Shown here in pieces: positions 1 through 9,887 of a stretch of DNA of 64,000 nt. The DNA is taken from the NCBI GenBank assembly GCA_027310405.1, contig DAIDAX010000001.1, forward strand, positions 7,580 through 71,579, given 5' to 3'. The stretch comes from a bacterium (GTDB lineage Archaea; Aenigmatarchaeota; Aenigmatarchaeia; CG10238-14; SCSR01). The notes under the pieces are model-generated. The model did not search any database. It saw nothing but the letters and a program-made list of their open reading frames with translations, and had not been told where the DNA came from. The position numbers and the translations under genes are program-made. Positions within the stretch are counted from its first letter, which is position 1. Every line of letters starts with the position of its first letter.

Positions 1-402
1 AAGTTAGGTGACACGCTAAGATCAGAGAAAAAAATTGTTTATCTGATGGACAAGAGTTGGTTAGAACACGAACTTGGGCAACGTGAACGAGCCGATGACA
101 GAATATATCATCGACCAGAAATGTTGAGGCGATTAAGAACTCTCATGGATCACAAGAATTGCAGACTGGGAATTTTAGGCGGAAATTCAAGAAACATAAT
201 TTTAGATAAAGATTACATCGCTTCCGGTGTTCGATATCCCGGTGGAGGCAGTCTAGCAGGTCTTTTTCAAACCGATAAATCTCTTGTTCCATGGTTTGAC
301 TCAAAATTTTATGCAAAATCAACTGGAATTGATTCTGATCTCTATAATAAATTTGCTGAACTTGCAGCGCATGGTACTTCAGAACCAGATAGTCCTTGGT
401 GA
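1..402 (+). CDS. hypothetical protein (5' partial), upstream of rps17
   Basis: Frame is open from base 1 (KLGDTLRSEKKIVYLMDKSW...). Its stop TGA overlaps the GGTGA SD of rps17. No family recognised. Confidence 0.6.
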   Translation, partial: KLGDTLRSEKKIVYLMDKSWLEHELGQRERADDRIYHRPEMLRRLRTLMDHKNCRLGILGGNSRNIILDKDYIASGVRYPGGGSLAGLFQTDKSLVPWFDSKFYAKSTGIDSDLYNKFAELAAHGTSEPDSPW

Positions 403-411
403 TGATTAGTT

Positions 412-741
412 ATGAAAGCACAAACACGAAACATCGGTTTGCAGGTGAAAGCTCCAGAAAAAACTTGCGAGGATCCGAAGTGTCCGTTTCATGGAGAACT
501 TCCAGTGCGTGGAAAATTAATTGAAGGTACTGTGGTTTCTACTCGCGCACAGAAAACAGCGATAATCGAAAAACAGTATCAACATTTTTTGCCGAAATAC
601 CAGAGATTTGAGAGAAGACATTCCAGAATTGCTGCGTACAATCCAGAATGCATTTCTGCAAAAGAAGGAAACAGAGTACTCATTGCCGAATGCAGGCCGT
701 TGAGCAAGACGAAAAGTTTTGTTGTTGTGGAGAAGATGTAG
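412..741 (+). CDS. rps17: 30S ribosomal protein S17 (uS17)
   Basis: CEDPKCPFHGELPVRG and ECRPLSKTKSFVV motifs of archaeal uS17. Confidence 0.97.
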   Translation: MKAQTRNIGLQVKAPEKTCEDPKCPFHGELPVRGKLIEGTVVSTRAQKTAIIEKQYQHFLPKYQRFERRHSRIAAYNPECISAKEGNRVLIAECRPLSKTKSFVVVEKM

Positions 742-742
742 A

Positions 743-1003
743 ATGATTACAGACACAAGTACCCATCTTACACAAGAACAAATAAAACTTCTTAAACTCC
801 TCCATGAAAAGGAAAGAATTGGACTTAGTGATGCTACAGTAGAATTGTTTGGTGAAGGTGGGTACATTGGTCAAATGAAAAATCTTGTTGCAAGTTTACG
901 TAGATACGAAATTGTTTTGATGGTTAAGGACGTTATTAGATTTACTCCATATGGAGAAGATTTTTATAACAGAAAATTCGGCAATCAAGGTGAATTTTCA
1001 TGA
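743..1003 (+). CDS. orphan winged-helix-like protein inserted between rps17 and rpl14
   Basis: ATG 1 nt after the rps17 stop; ATGA overlap with rpl14; C-terminal IRFTPYGEDFY resembles a wHTH wing. Confidence 0.6.
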   Translation: MITDTSTHLTQEQIKLLKLLHEKERIGLSDATVELFGEGGYIGQMKNLVASLRRYEIVLMVKDVIRFTPYGEDFYNRKFGNQGEFS

Positions 1004-1398
1004 AAGCGATTAAAGCTTCGATAAAACGTTCGCTGAATGTCGGTACTTATCTGAACTGTGCGGATAATAGTGGAGCAAAAATTTTGCAACTGATTTCTGT
1101 CGGCGGATACAAAGGAGTGAAGAGGAGACAACCTGCTGCGGGAATTGCAGATTTAGTGAAAGTCACTGTGAAGGAGGGAGATGTAAAAGTTAGAAAGCAA
1201 ATTTTCAATGCTGTCATAATCAGACAAAAATCGGAGTACAGAAGAGCAGGTGGAATGAGAGTTGGTTTTGAAGACAACGCTGCAGTTCTTACTGATGAGA
1301 ATGGTGAACCAAAGGGAACAGAGATAAAAGGACCGGTTGCAAAGGAAGCTGTAGAAAGATTTTCTTCAATTGGAAAAATCGCAAGTATAGTGGTATAA
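1000..1398 (+). CDS. rpl14: 50S ribosomal protein L14 (uL14)
   Basis: CADNSGAK, FEDNAAV and GTEIKGPVAKE motifs. Confidence 0.98.
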   Translation: MKAIKASIKRSLNVGTYLNCADNSGAKILQLISVGGYKGVKRRQPAAGIADLVKVTVKEGDVKVRKQIFNAVIIRQKSEYRRAGGMRVGFEDNAAVLTDENGEPKGTEIKGPVAKEAVERFSSIGKIASIVV

Positions 1399-1399
1399 A

Positions 1400-1894
1400 A
1401 TGGAAGATTCGGTTTATCTTGATCAAATAGACGAGATGGTAAAAACCAGCGTGGACGAAGCAAGCAGACTTGATAGAAATATTTTGCGCGTGGATTCTGA
1501 AGATCGAATGCTTCCCCTCTCGGTTGTGGCTGAATATAGTGCAACGATATCAGGAAAAGCCCATGTGACACATCTTGAGATTTATCCACTTAGCGATAGC
1601 GGAAAAAATCTAATCACGCAATGGAAAGGAAAATACGATCGACGTGACTCAAATCCCGTTAGACAAATTAACTTGTATGGAATAATGGCAAACGATGATT
1701 GGATTCATGTTTTTAAATCATCGGAAAGTGTAGACGAACTTTTAGATAGTGTGCTACCATTTGTAGATGATTTTCATAGAATAGTAACTTTTCTAAATAA
1801 AAGAGATTCTAAAGTAGCAACAGAATTTGTTTCGAAAGTTTGGAAATATTATGAGAACCTACTTGATGAAGCAGGAGTTCCAGCATCAGTATGA
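1400..1894 (+). CDS. orphan protein inserted between rpl14 and rpl24
   Basis: 164-aa ORF filling the gap exactly; ATGA overlap with rpl24. Confidence 0.65.
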   Translation: MEDSVYLDQIDEMVKTSVDEASRLDRNILRVDSEDRMLPLSVVAEYSATISGKAHVTHLEIYPLSDSGKNLITQWKGKYDRRDSNPVRQINLYGIMANDDWIHVFKSSESVDELLDSVLPFVDDFHRIVTFLNKRDSKVATEFVSKVWKYYENLLDEAGVPASV

Positions 1895-2436
1895 CAACAA
1901 TATCAAAACAACCTCGCAAGCAAAGAAAATTCTTGTACAATGCTCCGCTAAATTTGAGAAGAAAATTCTTGTCAGCACATTTGTCGAAAGAATTGAGAAA
2001 AATTTACAAGAGAAGAAGCTTACAGTTGAGAGAGGGGGACGAAGTAAAAATAATGAGAGGAGATAACGCTGGCAAAACTGGAAAAATTTCAAAAGTTGAT
2101 TTGGAAAAATACAAAGTTTATATCGAGGGTATTGTGCAGAAAAGGACAGTTGGTCCTGAAGTTCAAGTTCCGATACATCCGAGCAATTTGTTGCTTATCA
2201 ACCCGATAATTGAAGACGAGATGCGCGCCAAAGTTTTGAGAAGAAAAGTGAAGGAAGTAAAAGTTGAAAAACGCGCAGAACAAAAACCAAAAGAAGAAAA
2301 ACCGAAAGTTGAAACAAAAATGGAGGAGAAACATGGCAAGACTGAAAAGACTTCTAGTGCCAAGGTTTTGGAAAGTGGCAAAAAAGCAAAAACACTGGGC
2401 AGTCGCTCCAAGACCAGGTCCGCACAGAAAGTTTGA
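1891..2436 (+). CDS. rpl24: 50S ribosomal protein L24 (uL24) with long Lys/Glu-rich C-terminal tail
   Basis: SKQPRKQRK...NAPL, KOW motif GDEVKIMRG, PIHPSN. Confidence 0.96.
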   Translation: MTTISKQPRKQRKFLYNAPLNLRRKFLSAHLSKELRKIYKRRSLQLREGDEVKIMRGDNAGKTGKISKVDLEKYKVYIEGIVQKRTVGPEVQVPIHPSNLLLINPIIEDEMRAKVLRRKVKEVKVEKRAEQKPKEEKPKVETKMEEKHGKTEKTSSAKVLESGKKAKTLGSRSKTRSAQKV

Positions 2437-3034
2437 GAGTATACCATTGCAGATAATTCTGAGAGACATATTGAGTGTTGTCGAAACTGGCAGAGAAGCA
2501 CAGAAGATTGTCAACTCTGGAGAAATTTTTGTTGATGGCAAGAAAAGAAAAGATTACGCTTATCCAGTTGGATTGTTCGATGTTGTTTCTATTCCAAATA
2601 TTCAAAGATTTTATCGAGTTGTACCTACAGAAAATGGCCTTAACATTATCGAAATTCCAGAATCCGAAAGCAAATTGAAAATTTTCAGAATTGAAAACAA
2701 AAAAACATTGAAAGGAAACAAAATTCAACTTAACCTTAGTGGTGGAAAAAATATTTTGTTAGAAAAAAATAATTACAAAACTGGAGACTCATTGCTGATT
2801 GATCTAAGTTCTGGAAAAATTTTGGAACATTTTTCTTTTATCAAAGATAGTCTTGGAATTGTTACTTCTGGACCAAACAGCGGTAAGCTTGGAAAAATTA
2901 AGAAAATTATTTTGGGCAATGCACATTCTGCAACAAAACTTATTTGTGAAATTGGTGACAGTGAAAAAGAAGTTAATAAACAAGATTTTTTTGTTGTGGG
3001 CAAAACTAAGTCTGCGATAACGGTGGTTATCTGA
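2333..3034 (+). CDS. rps4e: 30S ribosomal protein S4e
   Basis: MARLKRL...PRPGPH...VDGK...PVGLFDVV; ATG at 2333 follows a GGAGGAG SD. Confidence 0.96.
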   Translation: MARLKRLLVPRFWKVAKKQKHWAVAPRPGPHRKFESIPLQIILRDILSVVETGREAQKIVNSGEIFVDGKKRKDYAYPVGLFDVVSIPNIQRFYRVVPTENGLNIIEIPESESKLKIFRIENKKTLKGNKIQLNLSGGKNILLEKNNYKTGDSLLIDLSSGKILEHFSFIKDSLGIVTSGPNSGKLGKIKKIILGNAHSATKLICEIGDSEKEVNKQDFFVVGKTKSAITVVI

Positions 3035-3546
3035 TGCAGGAAAACCCGATGCGCGAAATCAAAATAGAAAAAGTTACACTCAATGTTGGTTGTGGCGATG
3101 ACAAACAGAAGATTGAGAAAGCTACAAAACTTTTGGAATTGTTGACTGAACAAAAACCTGTTGGAACAGTTTCCAAGAAGAGAAGCACTTTCGGAGTTGC
3201 AAAGGGAAAGCCACTTGGAGTAAAAGTTACTCTGAGAAAAAAGAAAGCAGAAGATTTTTTCAAGCTAGCTCTTGCAGCACAGGGGAATAAACTGAGAGCT
3301 GTTCAACTTGATGAGCAAGGAAACATAAACATCGGAGTGAAAGAGTATATAGATCTTCCAGGAGTGAAGTATTCACATGATGTCGGAGTTCTTGGCTTGG
3401 GTGTTGCTGTGACATTGAACAGAAAAGGCTACAGAATTGCGAGAAGAAAAATTATGAAAACACATATAGGGAAAAAACACAAAATTAATAAAGAAGAAGT
3501 GCTCAATTGGTTAAAACAAAAGTATGGTGTGGAAATTGTTGAATGA
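3034..3546 (+). CDS. rpl5: 50S ribosomal protein L5 (uL5)
   Basis: NPMREIKIEKVTLNVGCG, GVKVTLR, EYIDLPGVKY. Confidence 0.97.
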   Translation: MQENPMREIKIEKVTLNVGCGDDKQKIEKATKLLELLTEQKPVGTVSKKRSTFGVAKGKPLGVKVTLRKKKAEDFFKLALAAQGNKLRAVQLDEQGNINIGVKEYIDLPGVKYSHDVGVLGLGVAVTLNRKGYRIARRKIMKTHIGKKHKINKEEVLNWLKQKYGVEIVE

Positions 3547-3565
3547 ACAAAATCTTGAACTGACA

Positions 3566-3712
3566 ATGAAACTTGATGGAGTAATTTTGCGCAAGGCTGA
3601 GTTTCTAAATGATTTCACTGGAGTTTACAACATGATTTTCGAAAGAATGGAAGAACTCGGCGAAACTGAGGGCGACATGTTTCTCGCGATTCTCGGCGAA
3701 ATCGGCGGCTGA
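3566..3712 (+). CDS. small acidic orphan protein between rpl5 and rps14
   Basis: [13 protein letters not shown]...EIGG fills the gap; start uncertain (3524 or 3566). Confidence 0.45.
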   Translation: MKLDGVILRKAEFLNDFTGVYNMIFERMEELGETEGDMFLAILGEIGG

Positions 3713-3717
3713 TTTTT

Positions 3718-3873
3718 TTGGAACACAAGGCAATGAAACGGCTCGGCAAGGAAACTAAAATTTGCAGACGCTGTGGAACTCATCGCGGCGTGATTCGTTC
3801 TTATGGACTTTACTATTGCAGACGTTGTTTCAGAGAAGTTGCAAAAAGCGTTGGCTTCCAAAAATACAGATAA
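3718..3873 (+). CDS. rps14: 30S ribosomal protein S14 (uS14, Zn-binding)
   Basis: Translated by hand, not in ORF track: (M)[53 protein letters not shown] start at 3718 or ATG at 3733. Confidence 0.95.
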   Translation: MEHKAMKRLGKETKICRRCGTHRGVIRSYGLYYCRRCFREVAKSVGFQKYR

Positions 3874-3902
3874 GTTTTATTCTACAATTATAAAATTAAA
3901 TT

Positions 3903-4769
3903 ATGGTTTTTGATTTAGTTCTTCTAGCAATTGCACTAGTTGGATCTTCTGCAGCAGCGATCTATGATTTGAAAACAACTGAAGTTCCAGATTGGCTTTT
4001 TTATGTCATGGGTGGATTGGGTTTAATTTTCTCTATCATCCAAGCATTGTCTACAAATAATTTTTTAACTTTGGAAAACGCAACAATTTTTTCGCTTGGT
4101 TTATTTGGTTTTGGATTTTTGATGTACAAGACCGGACAATGGGGTGGAGCGGACGCGGTGCTTCTAGGTTTGATTGGATTCATGGTTCCACAATTACCCA
4201 GTGGGTTTTTGACGAATTTGATATTTCCATTTCCAATTAGTTTTCTTTTCAATGTTTTTTTAATCGGTGCTGCATACATGATTGTCTATGCAATAATTTT
4301 TGCATATCGAACAAAAACATTATTTGGAATTTTTTCCAAAGAAGTCAAAGCCTCTGCAAGAATGTTGGGAATGTTTTCGACGATTCTTTTCTTTGCTCTG
4401 GTTGGAATAACTTTATACATGAATTCAATTTTCTTTTTAAATTTGAACACACTACAGATTTTTCGATTGTCAATTGTACCAATAATTTTTTTGATTGGAT
4501 TACTTCTATTTTATAAATTTGCACAAATCATTGAAAAATTTGGATTCAGGAAAAAGATTCCAATATCAAAATTGAGAGTCGGAGATATGCTAATGTCCAA
4601 GAAAGAACTTGTCGGAATCACACCTGAACAATTGCATAGAATTAAAAAATCGAAAAAGAAGTTTGTTTGGATTAAAGAAGGAGTGCGTTTCGCTCCAGCT
4701 TTTCCCCTTGCACTATTGTACACAGTTTTTTTTGGTGATGCAATTCTGCTGTTAAGTCTAATCCTTTAG
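3903..4769 (+). CDS. prepilin/prearchaellin peptidase (A24 family)
   Basis: YDLKTTEVPD and WGGAD aspartate motifs; multi-TM; RFAPAF C-terminus. Confidence 0.88.
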   Translation: MVFDLVLLAIALVGSSAAAIYDLKTTEVPDWLFYVMGGLGLIFSIIQALSTNNFLTLENATIFSLGLFGFGFLMYKTGQWGGADAVLLGLIGFMVPQLPSGFLTNLIFPFPISFLFNVFLIGAAYMIVYAIIFAYRTKTLFGIFSKEVKASARMLGMFSTILFFALVGITLYMNSIFFLNLNTLQIFRLSIVPIIFLIGLLLFYKFAQIIEKFGFRKKIPISKLRVGDMLMSKKELVGITPEQLHRIKKSKKKFVWIKEGVRFAPAFPLALLYTVFFGDAILLLSLIL

Positions 4770-6050
4770 TTTCTCGAGTTTCTCTTTTCCGTTCATGAAA
4801 GGTCGCAAAACTTTTGGAATTGTAACTGTGCCATCTGGATTTTGAAATTGTTCGACAACTGCAATCATCGCTCGGCTTGTTGCAATTGCTGTATTGTTCA
4901 ACATGTGCACAAAACCTAAAACTGGTTTACCAGAGCCTTCACGAAAACGAATGTTCAATCTTCGTGCTTGATAATCTGTAACGTTCGAATTGCTTCCGAC
5001 TTCTCTGAATTTTCCATCAGCCATCCAAGCTTCTGTATCATATTTTTTTGCAGCTTTTGCTCCTATGTCACCTGTGCAAACATTCACAACTCTGTAGTGC
5101 AAACCAAGTTGCTGATAAAGTTCCTCTGTATTTTTTTGAAGCTCTTCGTGAAATTTCCAAGAGTCTTCTGGCCGACAAAAAATAAATTGTTCGATCTTGT
5201 TGAACTGATGGACTCTAAAAAGACCTTTCGTATATTTTCCATGAGTTCCAACTTCTCTTCTGAAACATGGACTCATCCCACATACTTTTATCGGCAAATC
5301 TTTCATGTCCAAAATTTGATCAACGAACAATGCGCCTGCAGAGTATTCGGATGTTGGAATGAGATACAGTTCTTCGTTCTCAATTTTGTAGCTCGCTTCA
5401 GAAAAATCTGTAGGATCTCCAATCATTCCGATATAAACCTTTTTATTAACCATATATGGTGGCTCAACAACAACGAATCCTTTGTTGCGCAAAAAATCCA
5501 TCGCAAATCTTTGCAAAGCCAAATCAAGCAATACCAAATCATTTTTCAAATAGTAAAATCCAGAACCGGCTACTTGTGCCGCAGTTTCTGTATCGAATAA
5601 ACCTAGATTTTGTAAAATTGTTACGTGATCTTTGGGCTCGAAATTAAATTTTGGAGGTTTCCCCCATCTGCGAACTTCGACATTCTCTGTGTCATCTTTT
5701 CCGAAAGGAACAGATTCGTGAAGCAAATTCGGTATGCGCAAGAGCAAATCCTTTTCTTTTTGTTCTGCTTCGGTAAGTTTAGCTTCTTTGGTTTTTAATT
5801 CTTCGGGAATTTTTTCTGCTTCTTTCATCAATTTTTTTGTATCTTTCTTTGTTTTTTTTGCTGCAGCAATCTTTCCGCTTACTTCATTTCGTTTTGCTCG
5901 TAACTGATTTATTTCCGTTGTAAATTTTCTCCACTGTTCGTCTACTTTCAAAAGTTCATCAAACATTTTTAGATAATCGGGGTTCTGCCTGCGTTTTAAA
6001 TTTTCACGAACTTCTTCAGGCTTCCCTCTTATAAGCTTGATGTCAATCAT
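4758..6050 (-). CDS. serS: serine--tRNA ligase
   Basis: MIDIKLIR coiled coil, FRREVG, GLFRVHQFNKIEQF, LNNTAIA. Confidence 0.98.
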   Translation of the reverse strand: MIDIKLIRGKPEEVRENLKRRQNPDYLKMFDELLKVDEQWRKFTTEINQLRAKRNEVSGKIAAAKKTKKDTKKLMKEAEKIPEELKTKEAKLTEAEQKEKDLLLRIPNLLHESVPFGKDDTENVEVRRWGKPPKFNFEPKDHVTILQNLGLFDTETAAQVAGSGFYYLKNDLVLLDLALQRFAMDFLRNKGFVVVEPPYMVNKKVYIGMIGDPTDFSEASYKIENEELYLIPTSEYSAGALFVDQILDMKDLPIKVCGMSPCFRREVGTHGKYTKGLFRVHQFNKIEQFIFCRPEDSWKFHEELQKNTEELYQQLGLHYRVVNVCTGDIGAKAAKKYDTEAWMADGKFREVGSNSNVTDYQARRLNIRFREGSGKPVLGFVHMLNNTAIATSRAMIAVVEQFQNPDGTVTIPKVLRPFMNGKEKLEKLKD

Positions 6051-6106
6051 TTTCATTCTCCAATTAGTGATTTAGAATTTTTACTTTAAATGTTAATTAT
6101 TGATTA

Positions 6107-7444
6107 ATGGCTTTGCATCTAAAGAGAGAACTCGGACTTTTTGAAGCGACGATGTACGGTGTTGGAATAATCATTGGTGCTGGAATTTATGCATTGATTG
6201 GTCCAGCTGCTGGTCTCACAGGTAATGCGCTTTGGATGGCATTCGTGATTGGTGCGGCAGTTAGTATTTTCACTGGATTGAGTTATGCAGAACTTTCATC
6301 AATGTTTCCAAAAGAAGCGGCGGAGTACATTTACATCAAAAAAGCATACAGACAAGAATATTTTGCGTTCCTGCTCGGATGGCTGATTATTTTTACAGGA
6401 GTTGTTTCGATTGCTACTGTTGCTTTGGGATTTGCTGGCTACTTTAACTCTTTGTTCAATCTCGGAGATAATTGGATTTCAATTTTAGTTGGTGGCGCAC
6501 TTATCGCAATTCTCTCTTTTGTGAATTTTTCCGGAATAAAAGAAACATCTAATTTCAACATAATTTTCACTTCAATCACGATTCTCGGATTACTTATTGT
6601 GATAGCTTTGGGTGTTGGAAAATTTGGAACAGTAAATTATTTTCAGCCCAGTATGGGCTACTCTGGAATTTTTACAGCAGCTGCGTTGATTTTTTTTGCA
6701 TACATCGGATTTGAAGACATAGTGAACGTGTCCGAAGAAACAAAAAAGCCAAGAAAAATTATTCCACGCGCTTTACTTTTTGCAGTAATTATTTCCACAG
6801 TGCTCTATGCGCTCACTTCGATTTCCGCGGTGAGTCTAGCAAGTCCGGAAGCATTAAGTCAAAGTTCTGCACCTCTTGCTCTTGCTGTTTCAAATTCTTT
6901 CCTCGGACAGAATGCACAATTGCTCTTGGATATAATTGCTCTATTTGCAACTGCAGGGACAGTTCTTGGAATACTTGTTGTAACTTCGAGAATGGTTTAT
7001 GGAATGGCTGAGCAAAAATCTGTACCAAAAATTTTATCACGCTTGCATAAAAGAAATCAAACACCGCACGTTGCAATTTTATTGATTTCAATTGCGGCAA
7101 TTTCATTTCTATTTTTCGGAAGTATAAGAGAAGTTGCAGAGATTACGAGCCTAGGTGCGCTGTCAACTTTCACAGCAGTGAATCTTGCACTAATCTGGCT
7201 GAGATTTACAAAACCAAACCTAAAGAGAGCTTTCAGAACACCACTGAACATCGGAAAATATCCAGTTATAGCTTTCCTTGGAGTTTTTTCAAATCTGTTC
7301 ATGATTTTCCAATTTAGATGGCCGATAATTTCGACGACATTAATTATTCTCGCAATTGGAACAGCGATTTACATCCTTCACAGGAAAGGATACATTGGTG
7401 AAGCAGTAGAACGAACAACAGGAATAAACATTGAACAAACTTAG
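6107..7444 (+). CDS. APC-family amino acid permease
   Basis: GIIIGAGIY and FFAYIGFE...EETKKP motifs; about 12 TM segments. Confidence 0.93.
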   Translation: MALHLKRELGLFEATMYGVGIIIGAGIYALIGPAAGLTGNALWMAFVIGAAVSIFTGLSYAELSSMFPKEAAEYIYIKKAYRQEYFAFLLGWLIIFTGVVSIATVALGFAGYFNSLFNLGDNWISILVGGALIAILSFVNFSGIKETSNFNIIFTSITILGLLIVIALGVGKFGTVNYFQPSMGYSGIFTAAALIFFAYIGFEDIVNVSEETKKPRKIIPRALLFAVIISTVLYALTSISAVSLASPEALSQSSAPLALAVSNSFLGQNAQLLLDIIALFATAGTVLGILVVTSRMVYGMAEQKSVPKILSRLHKRNQTPHVAILLISIAAISFLFFGSIREVAEITSLGALSTFTAVNLALIWLRFTKPNLKRAFRTPLNIGKYPVIAFLGVFSNLFMIFQFRWPIISTTLIILAIGTAIYILHRKGYIGEAVERTTGINIEQT

Positions 7445-7447
7445 CTT

Positions 7448-8536
7448 CTATCTCGTGATTGAAAACTTGTTCACAGTTTCGTAAAGTTCTTTCGCTTTTT
7501 TATTTTTCTCAAAGTGTCTTCGCACTGGTGCAACAATTTTTTCCAGAGCTTCTGCTGTTGCGTTTTTGAAATCAACTGGATGTAATCTTCCCATTCGAAA
7601 ATCATTTTCCAAATCTGCATATGCGTGGTAAGTTATCGGGCCGCCGAATTGTTTTGCTCTGTCAACGTGAAACATTTTTGCTCTCTTAAAAATTATGTAC
7701 TTACAGTACTCGAGTACAGGATTTGTCTCAACATTTTTCGGTTCACAGAATGCATTAGAAATTTTTTTCTTGATTTCTTCTACAGAATCGTGAATGAATA
7801 TCGCGCTCTCCGGCCTGCTCTTACTCATCTTACTTGCAATCTGAATGTCGAGATTTCTATTTTCGTCAAAACCTTCTGGCTGTTTCATTCCCTGCAGTCC
7901 CATGATCATGTGATGCGAAACGACGACTGGTTTTTTCCATTTTAATTTTTCTGCAACTTCTCGCGCAAGAACATTCGCTCTTCTCTGATCCATTCCAAGT
8001 TGCGTAATGTCGCAGTCAAGCGCAAAAACATCACGAACCTGCATCATCGGATAAAATAATTGTGCTGTGTCTTTCAATTCTCCCATAGTTCTTCCCATTA
8101 TCGTAATTGCTCTCTGTGATCTTGCAAGCGTTGTGTTCTTTGCGATTTGTATAACACCTTTCCAATAATCTTGATTGTCTGCCATCTCACTTGTCCAAAA
8201 AAGTTCTACTCTCTTCGTGTTAATTCCAGAAGCTTTCCAAACTTCGACAAAATAATCTCCAGCGATTTTTATTTTTTCTAAATCTCCACCCACCTTGTTG
8301 TTTATCCAGGCAAACCAATCAGCGAGCAAAAGTTTGAACTTCACTCCGGCTTTCATTAAGTCTTCTAAATTACTAGCCCTAAAGAATGCCATTGCAATGT
8401 GTGCTGTACCGCTTGGCTCAAATCCATCGTAAGCAATTGGATGATCGTTTGTCTCTAGAACTTGTCGCAATTCTTGATCAGTTATCATCTCCTCACCTAC
8501 ATCTTTAATTAATTGAAAACGTGTTTCAACGTCCAC
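7448..8536 (-). CDS. tyrS: tyrosine--tRNA ligase (archaeal type)
   Basis: AYDGFEPSG, YPMMQ, GMDQRR, KMSKS. Confidence 0.97.
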   Translation of the reverse strand: MDVETRFQLIKDVGEEMITDQELRQVLETNDHPIAYDGFEPSGTAHIAMAFFRASNLEDLMKAGVKFKLLLADWFAWINNKVGGDLEKIKIAGDYFVEVWKASGINTKRVELFWTSEMADNQDYWKGVIQIAKNTTLARSQRAITIMGRTMGELKDTAQLFYPMMQVRDVFALDCDITQLGMDQRRANVLAREVAEKLKWKKPVVVSHHMIMGLQGMKQPEGFDENRNLDIQIASKMSKSRPESAIFIHDSVEEIKKKISNAFCEPKNVETNPVLEYCKYIIFKRAKMFHVDRAKQFGGPITYHAYADLENDFRMGRLHPVDFKNATAEALEKIVAPVRRHFEKNKKAKELYETVNKFSITR

Positions 8537-8612
8537 TTAAACACCAATAGTTAATGTTTCTTTTTGCAAAATTTAAAAGTGCAGAGAACAAAGCTTTTGT
8601 GAGGAAAAAAGA

Positions 8613-9887
8613 ATGATTCAACTCGAATTTCTTGGAGCCATGGCAAGTGTTGGTGCGAGCGGGATTTATCTGGACACTGGCGCAGAAAAAATTCTCATGG
8701 ATTATGGAGCGGACGTTGAAGAAACTCCGGCCAGACCACCACTACCCGTTCCCGGAAAAGTCGATGCGATAATTGCAACGCATGCACACTTTGACCACGT
8801 TGGGTCGATTCCAATATTGATGCAGAAAAATCTCTCTCCAATTTTCGGTTTGCCTGTTACAAAAGAATTGACAGAAATGTTACTGAAAGATTCGTTGAAA
8901 ATAAACAAACAAGAAATCGGGGACATCGAGGGAGCAAAATTACCGTTCACCGAAAAAGAAATTCATCTTGCTGTAAAACATTTTGAACCAATCAACTATC
9001 GAAAAACTTTCAAGGTCCACAGCACTGACGTAACTTTTTTCGACGCAGGTCACATTCCCGGAAGTGCACTGACATTCATTCAAAACCGCGACACGAAAAT
9101 TTTGTACACCGGAGACTACAACACAGTCGATAGTCGTTTGCTTTCAAAATGTGATGAAGATTTACCGAAATTCGATACGTTGATCACAGAGAGCACGTAC
9201 AGCGACAGAGACCATCCGGACAGAAAGAAGAGCGAAAAAGATCTTGCTGAGGTTGTCAAGCATACTGTATCTAACGGAGGAGTTGCACTGGTTTCCAGTT
9301 TTGCAGTCGGGCGTGCACAGGAGCTTCTACTTGTTCTCGATAAGTTTGGAATCGATGCGCCTATTTACATGGACGGAATGGCGAAAAAATCTACGACGAT
9401 TGTCAACAAACACAAAAACATGCTGCGCGATCCAGAAGCACTCGAGACAGCACTTAAGGATGTGAAATTCGTTGCAAAAGACAAAATGCGTGCGAGAATC
9501 GTCAAGGAACCATGTGTTATTATCACGACCAGCGGAATGCTCGACGGTGGACCGATTGTTCCGTATATAGAAATGTTACACAATGATGAAAATTCTTCAC
9601 TGCTTCTCACTGGTTGGCAGGCGAAAGGTAGCGGAGGAAAGATTTTGCTCGAGACAGGAAAATTTCCAATTCGCGAGAAAGACGTGGAAGTAAAAATGTT
9701 TGTCAAGCGCTTCGATTTTTCTGCTCATCTCGGGAGAAAACAACTTTTCGACTTCATCGAAGCACACAGTCCGGAGAAAGTTTTTTGCGTGCATGGAGAT
9801 CACACCGAAGAATTTGCAGAAGAGTTGCGGCAGAAAGGTTTTGACGCTTTTGCTCCAGTCGCGAACAACCGAGTCTTCCAAGTTTAG
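8613..9887 (+). CDS. beta-CASP metallo-beta-lactamase ribonuclease (aCPSF2-like)
   Basis: THAHFDH, AGHIPGS, TGD, ESTY, FSAH, VHG motifs. Confidence 0.92.
   Translation: MIQLEFLGAMASVGASGIYLDTGAEKILMDYGADVEETPARPPLPVPGKVDAIIATHAHFDHVGSIPILMQKNLSPIFGLPVTKELTEMLLKDSLKINKQEIGDIEGAKLPFTEKEIHLAVKHFEPINYRKTFKVHSTDVTFFDAGHIPGSALTFIQNRDTKILYTGDYNTVDSRLLSKCDEDLPKFDTLITESTYSDRDHPDRKKSEKDLAEVVKHTVSNGGVALVSSFAVGRAQELLLVLDKFGIDAPIYMDGMAKKSTTIVNKHKNMLRDPEALETALKDVKFVAKDKMRARIVKEPCVIITTSGMLDGGPIVPYIEMLHNDENSSLLLTGWQAKGSGGKILLETGKFPIREKDVEVKMFVKRFDFSAHLGRKQLFDFIEAHSPEKVFCVHGDHTEEFAEELRQKGFDAFAPVANNRVFQV

Noticed and set aside
2264-2332. N-terminal extensions in the ORF track for rps4e, rpl40e, rpl10e and ppsA
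   Set aside because: Downstream ATGs match the family N-termini and the SD or TATA positions.
4968-5600. Long antisense ORFs such as 4968-5600, 1047-1589 and 43786-44304
   Set aside because: Shadow frames opposite well-supported conserved genes, with no motifs of their own.
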